A program made the translations under genes and the position numbers. Below the pieces are notes generated by a model, which saw only the letters and a list, made by a program, of their open reading frames with translations, ran no database searches and had not been told where the DNA came from. A DNA stretch of 62,967 nt, the filler included, from Collodictyon triciliatum (taxonomy: Eukaryota): assembly GCA_043381765.1 (NCBI GenBank). It is 7 parts of 7 records of this genome, joined end to end, with 100 filler letters (N's around TTAATTAATTAA, not from the genome) between each part and the next. Parts side by side here need not be neighbours in the genome. Positions count along the whole stretch, not along the records: positions 33,997 to 43,990 come from JBHJMP010002831.1; positions 44,091 to 54,076 come from JBHJMP010002834.1; 5 more parts are not named here. The stretch is one strand, 5' to 3'. This document shows positions 38,810 to 51,100 of the stretch, in pieces; position 1 is the first letter of the stretch, and the number at the start of each line of letters is the position of its first letter.

Positions 38810-41800
38810 CATACATACATACATACATACATACATACATACATACATACATACATACATACATACATACATACATACATTCCGGTAGACCTATGCTAAT
38901 GGTTTTATAGGTGGCTGCTTTAGCGTACCGCATTGAATTCAATGATATATCTTCAAAACAAGCTGTTAAAAGTCAGCGACCCCCCACAGGTAAAACAAAC
39001 ATGCTTCATACACCAGCCTCATAGAATATAATCCAATTCAATAAAATAAATGAATAGAATGGTATAACCTTATTTGATTCAAACTGATCACAATATCGTC
39101 CTTATCATTTGTATCTACATTTTGTTCCTGAATTCATTTCGCTTTTTTCTTTTTAAGAGGATTGATAAAATTCATACCTTTCAATCACTAGGAAAAGTAT
39201 GTCTTGTTTGCATAGAGGTGGACAGTCCTTTCATATCATGGAACGAAAATCCTGAACTATATGCATCAAACCTTACCAGAATAAACCAAATACTTCGCCA
39301 TCAGGTTTTTCGTACTTCTGAATCGATCTTTCGTAAAACTTCCATAACAAACAGCATCTACGCGAAACCATGCAAACATTAATCTGGTATAACTTAGCTC
39401 CAAGGCTTTCAAGGATATGAAGTTTTTGCCTATGGTCATGTAAATTTAGTGGCATTCTGCGACACTGTGAACGCATTTCAATTTTGTGTGGCGATATATT
39501 CCCAAATATCCAAAGGTTACTGATTTGAACATGATTGCTTGCTTTAGATTCTCATATGTTCATGTACCAATACCAGAATTTAACTCAATTTAATGATAAT
39601 ACCAATGCAGGAATGGTGGTCGACTATCATTTTAACTTGCATTTTCTTATTCTTTTTCTATACTAGTTGGGCAAGGCCATGGTCTTCCAGAAGCAAATGA
39701 CGAGTTCAGGAATGAAGAGCCAGATTGCTCTGTGCCATTATTTCAAGTCAAATTAGCACTTCATCAAGGCTGGGTATATTATTATCCAATGACATTTTTC
39801 TTCTCTCCCAGCCTATTTCTTGTTTCTTTTGGTTTTCTTGATTTCATTTAAATTATTATATCTTTTGGCATATAATCCAAATTTCTACGGAACAATTACA
39901 TAGCCTAATGTTATGAGAAATATTGTTGCGGATCGATTCGACTATGTTGGTATTGATGTACAGTGCGTGTTTACTATTGCAAGTGTTGCACACCCCGGTC
40001 AATTCCTTGTGACAGCCAAGTATGTAATTCATCACACACTTAAATAAAAATTTACAAAATTTCTTTTAGAAAAGAAAAAGAAAAAAATAAAGCTGACAAG
40101 CTGTATGTTTCCAGAGTTGATTATATTAAAATGTCTTTTTTTTTTCCAGTACTTGGAGTGAAGTGAAGACCAGCATTCCATGTCTTGACGTAATTGCGGA
40201 TGAGTTGTCTCCATGCCTTCTGCCAGGGTATGTGCGCTTTAATAGAATCTTAATCAAATAATATGTTTCTATTGTTTATTTGACAGGCAAAAATAAGACC
40301 AATTACCCCTTCCCCCCATCTTGCAAAAATTGATAGGGAAAGTATATGAAAAGAAGCCTTTATCTGGTTAAATCAATTGTATCCTTCTGATTCTCCATAA
40401 TAAATTTATAATCGCAGGATTGAAAATCCTGTGCCTTTATTCAGCATCCAACCAGCCAGTCGCCCACGTTGTAACTATCCCGATTTAAATCCACAAAAAT
40501 GGTAGGACAAAAAAAGAATACATTTCATCACATTTCAATAGGACCCAAAATACTTTGTATTGATAAGATTTTTTGATTTATAGTTAATAGTCATACACAA
40601 TTTCTTTAGTTCTCCATCTGCAGTACAGCAAGTCTTGCTCTCTATCCGGTTTCTACAAGACTCTTACAGAATACTGAGCAAAGATATAAATGATTGCGAG
40701 GTATGTGTCTCATACATCTGAGAAATGCAAACGATTTTTCAATTACAATGGTAATTTTGAGCTCCACTTACATCCTAGATTAAATATGCTGACATCCTAT
40801 GTGGCATATCAAGTGTTCCTATGCAAAAAATTTCTGTATGTTGCTATCCCTATATATTTTGCATCCACAATAAGCAACACAATTATTTAGCAGATACTTT
40901 TTGTGTGTAATTCTTTTATTTTCTTTTTTCTTGCTTGTGAGGTGAGCCAGCAAAAAGTTTTCATTGTAATATTTCCTTTTGAATAAAACATGGTACCTAG
41001 CAAAATCGAATCGAAGATGTGTCCACTTTAGTCAACAAACAAAGCGATATTATCAAAGGCTTTCAACAAATCCTCCTTGCAAAAACAAATCTTAGGCAAG
41101 CGATTGGATCGATAGAGACTGATGTGGTACCGAAAGTAAATTTTCATTTGAATTTATCCTGTATGAATAGATTTGCATATAGTTATTATATGATTCATCT
41201 GCCTGAGATTAACACAAATGATACTGAATGCACATTTGTAGCTCATATACGAGCGAGATATTTTGAACGAGAGACTGGCTCATATTCAGCTTTACCTTGG
41301 TTCACTGAGCGTCACACATGAACCCCAACCAACACCACTTACGCACACACCTCGCAGTGTATTTTTTTTTTCCCATTCATATTATGTATGGCTCCAAACA
41401 CCAGATCAAGTGTAACATCTGGATTTCGATTGGATGCGGCATCCCATACCTATGAATGCACTTGTATTTACGCAAGCATATTCTTCAATTCCTAGGAGTC
41501 AAACCAGGATGATTTGCTTTCATACCCAGGGTCGTTGGAATCTATCGAAAATTCTCCCCGAGACTCCACAAATAGCTCAGTTAGAAGCATTTCATCACAC
41601 AGATCGGCTGACGAGCTTGGTGTATGTCGCAACAATTATAACACTTGGAACATTTTTAGTTATTGTTACGTATATCTTTTGCTAATGTTTTAAAAGACAA
41701 AGACCGAATAAACCTGATAAAGAAAGGGGTCACCATATCCCGACACCAATAGGAGTCATCGGCTCCTGAGTTCAAGGAAATGAGTGAAAAGATAAAAACC

Positions 41801-41893
41801 TTAGTTAAGAAGGCCCAGTCCAGAAAATACAGGACTGCAGAGGAGGCCAATGCGTTTATACGCAATTTTGGTAATAAGGAAAAAATAGTTTGA
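34258..41893 (+). CDS. LRR / coiled-coil / degenerate class III nucleotidyl cyclase protein; 5'-partial
   Basis: LRR exons ([50 protein letters not shown]), coiled-coil exons, then PPTG|KVCLVCIEVDSPFISWNENPE..ILRHQ|LQGFQGYEVFAYGH..VAF..VKLALHQGW|P...RFDYVGIDVQCVFTIASVAHPGQFLVT, which aligns by eye with the fungal Cyr1-type cyclase domain. Confidence 0.8.
36146..36208 (+). mobile_element. Ultra-short insertion (27 nt) with 18-bp TSD, same family
   Basis: AAGATATAACAGACAGCT [ctgaatcgaataaaggggaaaaaaaag] AAGATATAACAGACAGCT. Confidence 0.8.
38780..38880. repeat. (TACA)n microsatellite in an intron
   Basis: Directly visible; another at 14641-14689. Confidence 0.95.
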
Positions 41894-42711
41894 ATACTGA
41901 TCACTCTAAGCAACTACATATGTTTTTCTTCTTCATTCATTCTATTCAACGAGGCTAGCAGGGCCTTTTCAACCATGAAACAAAAGCTGTATCATAATGC
42001 TTGGAAGAAAAAAAACTTTTTTTAATTCATAAATAATCTTATGAAATAGTCGAACAGTTCACCACCAGCGAGCAGAAAGTCAGCACGTCAAAACCACGTA
42101 GATGACTGTATCTTATTTCTATTCAAGCCCAACACAATTTTTTTAGTAATGATTGATGATCAATTGGTTTGTTACAGCTATCCCGCAGGCAAAACCAAAG
42201 AAAACAACCCCTCCCGCATCCGAGAAACAAACAACAACCCCAGAACATCAAATATCACGCCGCCGAACAACAAAACCACCTGTACCTACAGTCTCATCGC
42301 TGCATCGACAGAACTCGTATTTGTCCATTACAATTATCCATTTACATAGTGGTGCAGATCGGTTATAGACCAAGAGGACAGGGAAGAAAAGCCCATTTGA
42401 TTATCAGTGGTATAATCACACTAAATCATACAAACGATATATGCGCAGGTTAGTGACACAGACAAGGACAGAGCAGAAGCACGTTTCTCCAAAATAGACA
42501 ACCATTTGTTTATTATGAGCCTTGGCATGCCTAGGAAGTATAGTTAAAATAAACGTTTGGCTTATAGCCACAAAGTCGCCTTATACTCGTTCTAGTGACA
42601 CAACTAACGTAGGCTCATAACTTTTAAATGGCTTAAGTTTCATTTGTTTTCAGAAAGCAGACCAAGCTCTGGAAAGGAATTCAAAAAAAGAACTACGCAC
42701 TTGGCGAATGC

Positions 42712-43962
42712 CTAGTAAAATACTGAAAAAATACAGTGGATGTAAAAAAGAGGGCATATCAAGCACAGGAATCGAAAGTGGTCTGATATACTCCGTTCTT
42801 TTTCTAGAATATGCAAGAGAGGAATGTCGAGGTGGTGAAGCTCATACAAGAAGAGCAAAGAATTTGTAAAAACCTCAAAGCCCAGCTGTAAGATAATCTG
42901 CAAAAGGCAATCCTGAAGCGATGATATAAGGAAAATCTCCTTTTCCACGAAAAGCCTATGGATGAAGTAGTACAGCAAGGGTGTGGTAATCATGACCTGT
43001 ATGTTGATTTTTAATCCCTCGATTGTGTGAATTGCACGGATGACTCTGAATTCTTCATTCATTATTGGGCATGAGTTTTGCGTGATGGAAAGCTCTTGTG
43101 TTGAGTCATTCCTGTCATTTTGTGCGCTAGGAACGACAGATATCTGTCGGGGTTTTGGCCAGCTTGATGATGTATAAACACTTTTTATCATAGAGGCACA
43201 TTTTATGGCGACCTCTAAAAACGATAGAGAGAAGAGCTGTTGCTGCTTGATTGTGGTTCTGTTGAGAATATGAGCCAACGATGCCCCCGCACAAAAGATG
43301 CCATATTGGATCGAAAGCGGACTGTGACTTATGTTTGTCAGCATTGAGCGGCTCGTAAACTGCAAAAAATATCTCGCATAGGTGATTGGAGCGATATATA
43401 TTCGGTATGTCGCCATGTCTTCGATGACGGCGAGTTGGTAATTGTTGACGATGAAGCTAATGGCAGGATACAGGACAAATCGGATGGCTAGCTTTTCCAG
43501 GAAACTGGACTTCATGAAGGACTGAAGAACAAATTGGAATGATACGAATGCAATCAAGCTCGCCACCATAAGTTTTAAAGTTAGATAACACCTTTCCTTG
43601 CCTTTCCTCAATATATCAGGATTTGCAAGAATTTTTGATAGTTTTTTATACGACATGAGGACGTACATTATTGAGATGTATAATATGAGTGGTATCATAA
43701 TACTATCAAACACAGGTATTGTAAAGACAAATATTACTTCGAGCGCGTAGTGACAAAGATATGCTGCCAAGAGCTTTGGCCAAAATATGAATCTGTATGA
43801 CTCTGAGTCATGATTTCCAAAGATTTCTTTAGATAATATAGCAAATGAAGTCATGTTCAAAGAGCGAGCTGTTATCTCCCTCACGTGACCATAAAGGATG
43901 GGACTGACAATAAGCAGCATGTTTGTGGACAGTGCGATAGCCGGTAAGTAGTAAACCCACAT
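42712..43962 (-). CDS. Intronless multi-pass membrane protein, paralogue of 25728-27560; probably 5'-truncated at contig end
   Basis: 416-aa hydrophobic ORF; SFMKSSFLEKLAIRFVLYPAISFIVNNYQ aligns with YFMRSGFMIRIIGRVAILPFVFNITDTYQ. Confidence 0.8.
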   Translation of the reverse strand: MWVYYLPAIALSTNMLLIVSPILYGHVREITARSLNMTSFAILSKEIFGNHDSESYRFIFWPKLLAAYLCHYALEVIFVFTIPVFDSIMIPLILYISIMYVLMSYKKLSKILANPDILRKGKERCYLTLKLMVASLIAFVSFQFVLQSFMKSSFLEKLAIRFVLYPAISFIVNNYQLAVIEDMATYRIYIAPITYARYFLQFTSRSMLTNISHSPLSIQYGIFCAGASLAHILNRTTIKQQQLFSLSFLEVAIKCASMIKSVYTSSSWPKPRQISVVPSAQNDRNDSTQELSITQNSCPIMNEEFRVIRAIHTIEGLKINIQVMITTPLLYYFIHRLFVEKEIFLISSLQDCLLQIILQLGFEVFTNSLLFLYELHHLDIPLLHILEKERSISDHFRFLCLICPLFYIHCIFSVFY

Positions 43963-43990
43963 AAAAAAAACTGTCCAGCATGTCGATGCA

Positions 43991-44090
43991 NNNNNNNNNN
44001 NNNNNNNNNNNNNNNNNNNNNNNNNNNNNNNNNNTTAATTAATTAANNNNNNNNNNNNNNNNNNNNNNNNNNNNNNNNNNNNNNNNNNNN
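43991..44090. other. Artificial contig linker
   Basis: Same 100-nt spacer. Confidence 0.97.
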
Positions 44091-45172
44091 TTTTGTTTAT
44101 TTTTGTTTTTTTTTGTTTTGTTTTGTTTTGTTTGTTTGTTTGTTTGTTTGTTTGTTTGTTTGTTTGTTTGTTTGTTTGTTTGTTTGTTTGTTTGTTTGTT
44201 TGTTTGTTTGTTTGTTTGTTTTTTTTGGTTTGCTTGGCGTTGGCTGTGAAGGATGAACCCGGGGCTGATCTCTGCCGCCTGCGTGGTAACCCTCGGATTT
44301 CGTGCGGCTGTTATGCACCTTCTGGTAGAATGAAGGAATTGCCTTGGGTGGTTGATATGGAAGTTACTTATTTGGATTTAGGTACTTGATCTAAATACCG
44401 ATTTTATTGAGATACAGAGGATTATCAAGTCGATAAATGAATAAATTTTATAATATCCACATATGAACAGACTGTAACGTTTCTGGAATGCTCCAGGGTC
44501 TTCCTTTGCGGTTGTGGCTCCTTGTCATCGCTCAACTATCCTGTGCGGGTTAATCAGGAAATAACCTTTCTTTTTATTCTTCTTAATCAACCTTCCCACG
44601 ATTCTAATCATTTCAACGAAATAAAAAGCGAGAACAGCATGTATCATACACGGACTATAGTTGCCCCAATCACTGAGACTGGGACTCGATCATCGCAAAG
44701 AACTAAACCGATATTCGACAAAAAAAAAAAAAACAACTTTTGTGGAAATTGAAACTCCATAATATATAGTTTCAATTTCCACAACTTTATTCAATATGGT
44801 TTAGTAATGAATGGTTTCAACATCAACTAACCCGTGAAATTGAATATCACATATCTTATAACTGAATCACTATTTCTATATCGATCATTTTTAGAAAAGT
44901 AATTGCGCTCTAGTCCTTTCGCCTCCTTCCCTTAAATACTCACATTTTGTATGTATGCATACAGGTAAATTATAGAAGCTACTGATGAAAATTTACTGGA
45001 AGTCTTATGGCTTCAATGAAAAGGCATACCTTCGTACAATTCATTTACTCAAATAAACATAAACTAGCTGATAATGGAAATATGACCATTTCTTCATTTT
45101 CTATTTTTTGAAATTTATTATTTGTTCCTTGGAACAAATTAGAATAGGAAGACAGAAAAGAATCTACACGGA

Positions 45173-48100
45173 TTATGACATATTTAAATTGGGAATTATT
45201 ATGACGCTCCCGTCGACGTTGTGGACAAGTTCAATAGATTCCGAACGTGTAGATTCGCGATTGAAAGGTGTTCCTGGGCGGCCTGCGACTGGTTTGTATG
45301 TGACAGGTGGTTCCTCTATTCTAATGGACGCAGTAGCACTACCGGCCGGGGGTGTTGGGTGGATGGCCTTCGCTTCAACAACAAAGAATCTTTCCTTCCT
45401 GATTTAACAGTAGAGTAGGTTATACCGTTTTTGTATATTTTTGAATAGACGGTGTTTCTTATACACATTTTTATTTTGACCAAATGGAATAAATCGGTGT
45501 CATGGCACTAGAAATGTCTTAATACCCTTATTTTCTGAGATACTTACTCCTCGGTGCTCATTAAAATTTGGTCATCCTGGGAGGTGCCTGTGAATTCGCG
45601 TGAATCTAAGTGGTATGTTTATTTGTATTATTATCATCATCATTCAGGGTGTACAATTTTTTTAAATAGTCTAAGCAAGAGATACGTCACTCTCACAAAC
45701 ATGTGTCAGGAGCAAGTGTTGTCATTACAGTTTACGCTTCATTAAAAAAAAAAAAAAATACAAAGCCAAACCGGTTAATGGAGAGGGTAATGCGACATTT
45801 ACTCTCCGCCTGCAGTTTCTCTTCGGTACCAACCTATAAAATACACGCAAATTTTTTTAGTAATTGAGCTCAAGGCAAAAAGAAAAAAAAAAAGAAAACA
45901 TATTTCATTCATGCTCATCTGCAATTTTGTAACAAAAAATTCTAAAGTCAAAATTACACTTCTGTGCTGAAACCACCACCCAACTTCAGAGCGGGCGATG
46001 CTTGAGATATGAAATAGTCGCGCTTATTCATAAATTCCTCAAACTCATTTTCTGATTCCACTCCTTTCACTATACGACGTGGGGTCACGGTAACAGGCGT
46101 TACAGCTACTTTCGAAACAGATTGTGTTCGTGGGGAAGGAGCTTTTGGGCATTTTGGCAGTGTTGGTGTCTTTGGTTGCTCATGCTTTTCCTTAATTGAA
46201 TCTAGCATGCCCATAGACTCAGAAGCCTATCATTAAGACATGGGTAAAAAAAAAAAAAAAAAGGCATATGTAGACTTTGACTTGTAGGTCTCTATAATTC
46301 ACATGTTTCGACAAAGGCGACGTTTCTATAATGCTGATGTTTTAAATACCCTTCATCATGACTCGATGGTCGAAAGGAATATTTCATTTCATGCAGAGTC
46401 GATATCATGTTATTATAAAATAAGGGGGAAAAAATAGTAAAAACAAGAAAAGAGAGAAGAAAAGAGAGAAGAAAAGAGAGAAGAAAAGAGAGAAGAAAAG
46501 AGAGAAGAAAAGAGAGAAGAAAAGAGAGAAGAAAAGAGAGAAGAAAAGAGAGAAGGAAGGAGGCGTGAGAAAACAGGCTCACTAACGGGAATCATCGTGT
46601 TATCCAGCTTCTTGCTTCCAATTTTAAGCTTGAAATTACTCTATTAGAAGTATTATGCACCTTAGTTTTTTATACACAGCAACCTTGAACAATTTATCTA
46701 TTATAATTAGTGATTAATCAGTCGATTTTTACCTGCACAGGGAGGGGTGGAGGTGTTGCTTTCTTGAATTGCATGAAGTCGTAGAAATATCTCGCTTCTT
46801 CAGGCGTGGGCCCTCTCGGGGTATATGTCTAAAAATTTACAGATGTAAGTAAGATGTTCTTCTATAAGTATATATTGTAGTCGGCGACCAGTCTTGAAAT
46901 AAGGAAACATATCAATACGAATTTATTATTCAATAATTGACGTCACAGGGAAATAATAAAGTCTACACCTTCTCAGGAGACTTCGGTCGCGAAGTAATTC
47001 CTCTAATTTCACGCTGACTGCAATAACGGATTATGCATGATTATTTAAATTAACCTCTTAAGAGAGGAAGTAGAAGAATATTTCCGCGCTTAATTTCTAA
47101 AACTAGAGGTACTGAAGATCTGGTTTATAATTAGACGGAAAAAAGAAACATAAAAATAAGAATTAGCCATCGAACCCTAGCTTGAAGTTGGTATATTCGA
47201 GGTTGTATGAAGATGGAGTATCCCATTCCCCGATGAAGGTTCCTATCGTCATTTTTGTTTATGGGCAAAACGAAAAGAAGCAAAATGAATAAATGAATAA
47301 ATGAATAAATGAATAAATGAATAAATGAATAAATGAATAAATGAATAAATGAATAAATGAATAAATGAATAAATGAATAAACCATAAACCATAAACCATA
47401 AACCATAAACCATAAACCATAAACCATAAACCATAAACCATAAAACATAAAACATAAAACATAAAACATAAAACATAAAACATAAAACANNNNNNNNNNN
47501 NNNNNNNNNNNNNNACATAAACCATAAAACATAAACCATAAAACATAAACCATAAAACATAAACCATAAAACATAAACCATAAAACATAAACCACAAAAC
47601 ATAAAACATAAATACATACATAAATTAATAAATGTGCCGAGGAATATATAAAAAGACTTAGAAAAATCCATCGGTAAAACAGAAATGAAAAAGAAATTCA
47701 AATTTAAATAAAAATAAAATGAAAGCAAAAGAAAATAAATTAAAAGAGAAAGACAATTGATGGATATGAAAGTCTCACCGGATGAAAAGATAGAGGGCTG
47801 TACTAGTAGGTAAACAGAATTCAGAACCTTTTCGATGTTTATTTTTCTTTGTTCTCGAATTCTTTTTAGCGTTTCTCTGTATTTTTCGGCTTGGATTTTA
47901 CTACGCACTTCGAGTCTTTCGAATACGGCCAATTCCCTGTGTGTGGTTTATATGATTCAAGCGTTATTATGTCATATTCTATGCGCCAGCTCCTCTAAAC
48001 TTAGGTTACAATTCGCTTAATTCAGAAATATGTCATGGTGTAAAGAATTAATCATAAATATTAACTTCACTTCATCAGAAATAACTTTAGGGATTCGTAT

Positions 48101-51100
48101 GATGCTAGATAATTCTTTTGTTTTTGAATTATTCGATAAACCATTATACAGAAGTCTCCATTTTGCCAGCGTTTCTTCCTGGACGAATATGTATGTGAGT
48201 ATAGCAACATGTATAAGTTCCCCTCAATTAATCACGTTAGGACAAATTTATTGAATTATAGAGAATGAAAGAAGTTAGAAGAATAATTATTATTATTATT
48301 TTACAAAACCTCTTGCAAGTCGATTTCTCTTTGTATACCCTCCTTGAAATTGGTTATCTCTGTGGCTGATACAAGTCGTTTTTTGGATGCTGGCAAGATT
48401 GTTGGTTTCGAGAAGAAGTACCGTTGTATGTGGTCAATCTTGATGATTTTTTATTACGAGATTTATTTTAATAGGATCTATTTTCTCTTTCATTCTTTCT
48501 TGTTTCTTTCTTCCTATTTACTCTAATTTTTCTTCGACTCTACCTGTCCTCGAGATGCTTCCAATTCCGCCTCCAATTTTTGAATTCTTGTATACAAGAA
48601 TAGTCTTTCTTGTGTCCAAGGTCCTCTATCGATTTCACGACCCGGTGTGGTTCTTCTGACCGTGTGTCCATGCTTCGTTAATTTCTGTTCTTTTTTCGGA
48701 CTAGTTGCAGCTGCCAGAGTACCTTCTTTCTGGTCAATTCCTTTAGCGTCAATCGAAGCGAGGCCTGTACCTATATAACTTCCTAGATGGACCTTAGCCT
48801 CCTCGAAATGTTCAAGGGATGTTGGGTCATCAGATTGTGAATGGCCTGCCTTTGCTGAGGGTAGATTATCGTCGGGTTGGCCTTCCCTGTTGGAGGGTGT
48901 CACTTCGATTGAGATGGATTCTTCTGCATTGTTTTTTACATTATCACCGTCATTTCCATTAGGCATATCCACTTTTTCGTTCTCCTTTTCATTCTTTTGC
49001 TGGTCTTCTGGTTCAATTTTTGTGCGTGCCCTTTCGAGTTCCTCATCAAAATATTTTGAAGTTGCGGGTGCAGTGTGAGGGGGTTCATGAAGCATCATGG
49101 CAGAGGACTCCTTCTTCTCTTTCTCATTCTCAGTTTCCTTTGAGACACTTCGCGCAGACTCTGGATTAATTTCGGAGGGAGAGCGCCGGAGAGATGCGAG
49201 CGAACCTCCCAGTACGGAGGAGCGCCTATTTGGTCCCTTCTTCTGTTCTATCAGGGCAAGGTTACTTGTGTTCTCCTTTTTCTTCTCCTTCAACGTTAGG
49301 TTCTTTGGCAGTTCTGAAAATACTGCAACAGAAGATCCTATGAATTTGCTTATTAATCACATTAAGCTTCAATAAAATGAAGAAAAATATCATGAATACA
49401 GAACGGATGTAGTGAAATGAATCAAATGATTCTATTAATAGCTGATAAAAAAAAGTTCAGGTACTTCTTGGACTCATGGTGGGGTTGATGCTCGCTCTTC
49501 GTTGGGAAAATGTGTAGCTTTGAGTTCTTGGTCTCTGTGTTTCTTGAGGCAGCTCCTCTGTGGAGGAAAAATAATCATGTATGCTCTCTTTTCGCTTGAG
49601 TTGTTTCAAAATTCAGTATGAAATAAAGAAAGAAAAGAGATAAAGAGATAAAGAGATAAAGAGATAAAGAGATAAAGAGATAAAGAGATAAAGAGATAAA
49701 GAGATAAAGAGATAAAGAGATAAAGAGATAAAGAGATAGAAAAACAATTAAAGTAGTGGTGATTATAATGAAACAAAATTGTAACGCACGTATAGTTTCG
49801 CTAATTGAAAACGTCGATTCAGATTGGCCATAAGCACTTGGTGGTCTGCCGTTGACAACACTGCTTGACCTCCTCAACGAGTTTGATATTGATAATGACG
49901 TCATCTTCCTCCTTTCAATAAGCGAAGATGAACTGTTTTGCTTTGTGAAATAAAAAAAACGTTGCATGGTTAAGTTCATATTAAAGGCTAAAATATCTTT
50001 CTATGTTCTTTGCTTCAAGGGTAAATCAAAAGGTAGCATGAAAAAAATTACCCGTTCAAGTGCCTTCTCCTTTTTATTCTTGATTTCTTTTAATTCCTTA
50101 TCAATGTCCGCATTACGCCCGCAAATATTGACATATTTGGTATATAGCTCCTTAAAAGAAAAAAGGGGCAATTCAAAGGGTGGCAACCTCAATTATTGGG
50201 TCAATATCAAGTTATCTGAAGTAAAAATAAAAATACTTCATAAGCCATGCTGTTTCTCTCCAAATCAGACCTTAAGGCTCCCATCAGTTGCATGTCTGCA
50301 GCTGTCCTCGACTTTATGGATAGATTTGTTTGTGGCGAGGTTTTTCTAAGTTCTATAAGGGTCATTTTACTTCACTGATTCATTTTTCACTATATTATAA
50401 AGATCGAAGTGCTGGTTGAGTGTAAAAATTTAGTGAAGCTAAGTGTGGATCATGTTGCGATATAATTTTTTGGGGAAAAAAACACCTTCATTTTCCTCTT
50501 GAACCTCTTGAACTTCACTTTTTAGCTTTTCCCATGCAGCATCCTTCTCATTGATTTGCATCTCAAGATTCTGCGACATTTATTTCTTTTCTTAATTTTA
50601 CATCAAAATTGATGATAATACCATGAAAAGTTTATAAATCGGAAAACAAACCCACCCTTATCTGTTGATTTTTACGCATAATCTCTCTCATAACATGATC
50701 ATCTGCGTCCGAGCCTCCAATTTTACTATGTTGTTCCAATAATTTCAAAAGAGATAGCTCCTCTAACTTGTGTTGGTATTCCCGAACTTCAATTTTCAGT
50801 TTGTTCATTGCCTTAGGAATACGAAGCATTCAGTATTGGTAAAGCTGAATATTGTACGAAAATCTGTTTGCTCACGAATTGGGATAAATCAGAATCATGC
50901 ATTCTTGTTTGTTTCTTTATTTTATTTAAAAAAAAGCGATACCGCTTGTCGATCCTCGGATATCATCCGCAGTTCCCTGTACTTGAACTCAAGGTCGGTC
51001 TTTTTATTATTAGCTTCATCAAGGGCTTCTTGCCAGTCTTTAATTTCAAGGCGGAAGTCGTTCGATACCACAGTTAATTCAGATCTAAAAAAAAATGTTC

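Noticed and set aside
40379-40390. GTATCCTT, resembling a U12-type donor
   Set aside because: It lies inside an ordinary GT-AG intron whose flanking exons already join in frame.
2520-41893. Apparent cAMP signalling cluster (LRR receptor, CNBD channel, cyclase-like gene)
   Set aside because: The three genes lie on different contigs separated by artificial linkers.
41695-41893. In-frame TAG at 41750-41752 suggesting readthrough or stop-codon reassignment
   Set aside because: It is better read as a splice acceptor (caatag|GAG) paired with the phase-0 donor at about 41621. TAA, TAG and TGA all end genes normally elsewhere in the window.
47379-47441. (AAACCAT)n as a telomere-like repeat
   Set aside because: Internal to an intron and grades into other simple repeats; no evidence of a chromosome end.
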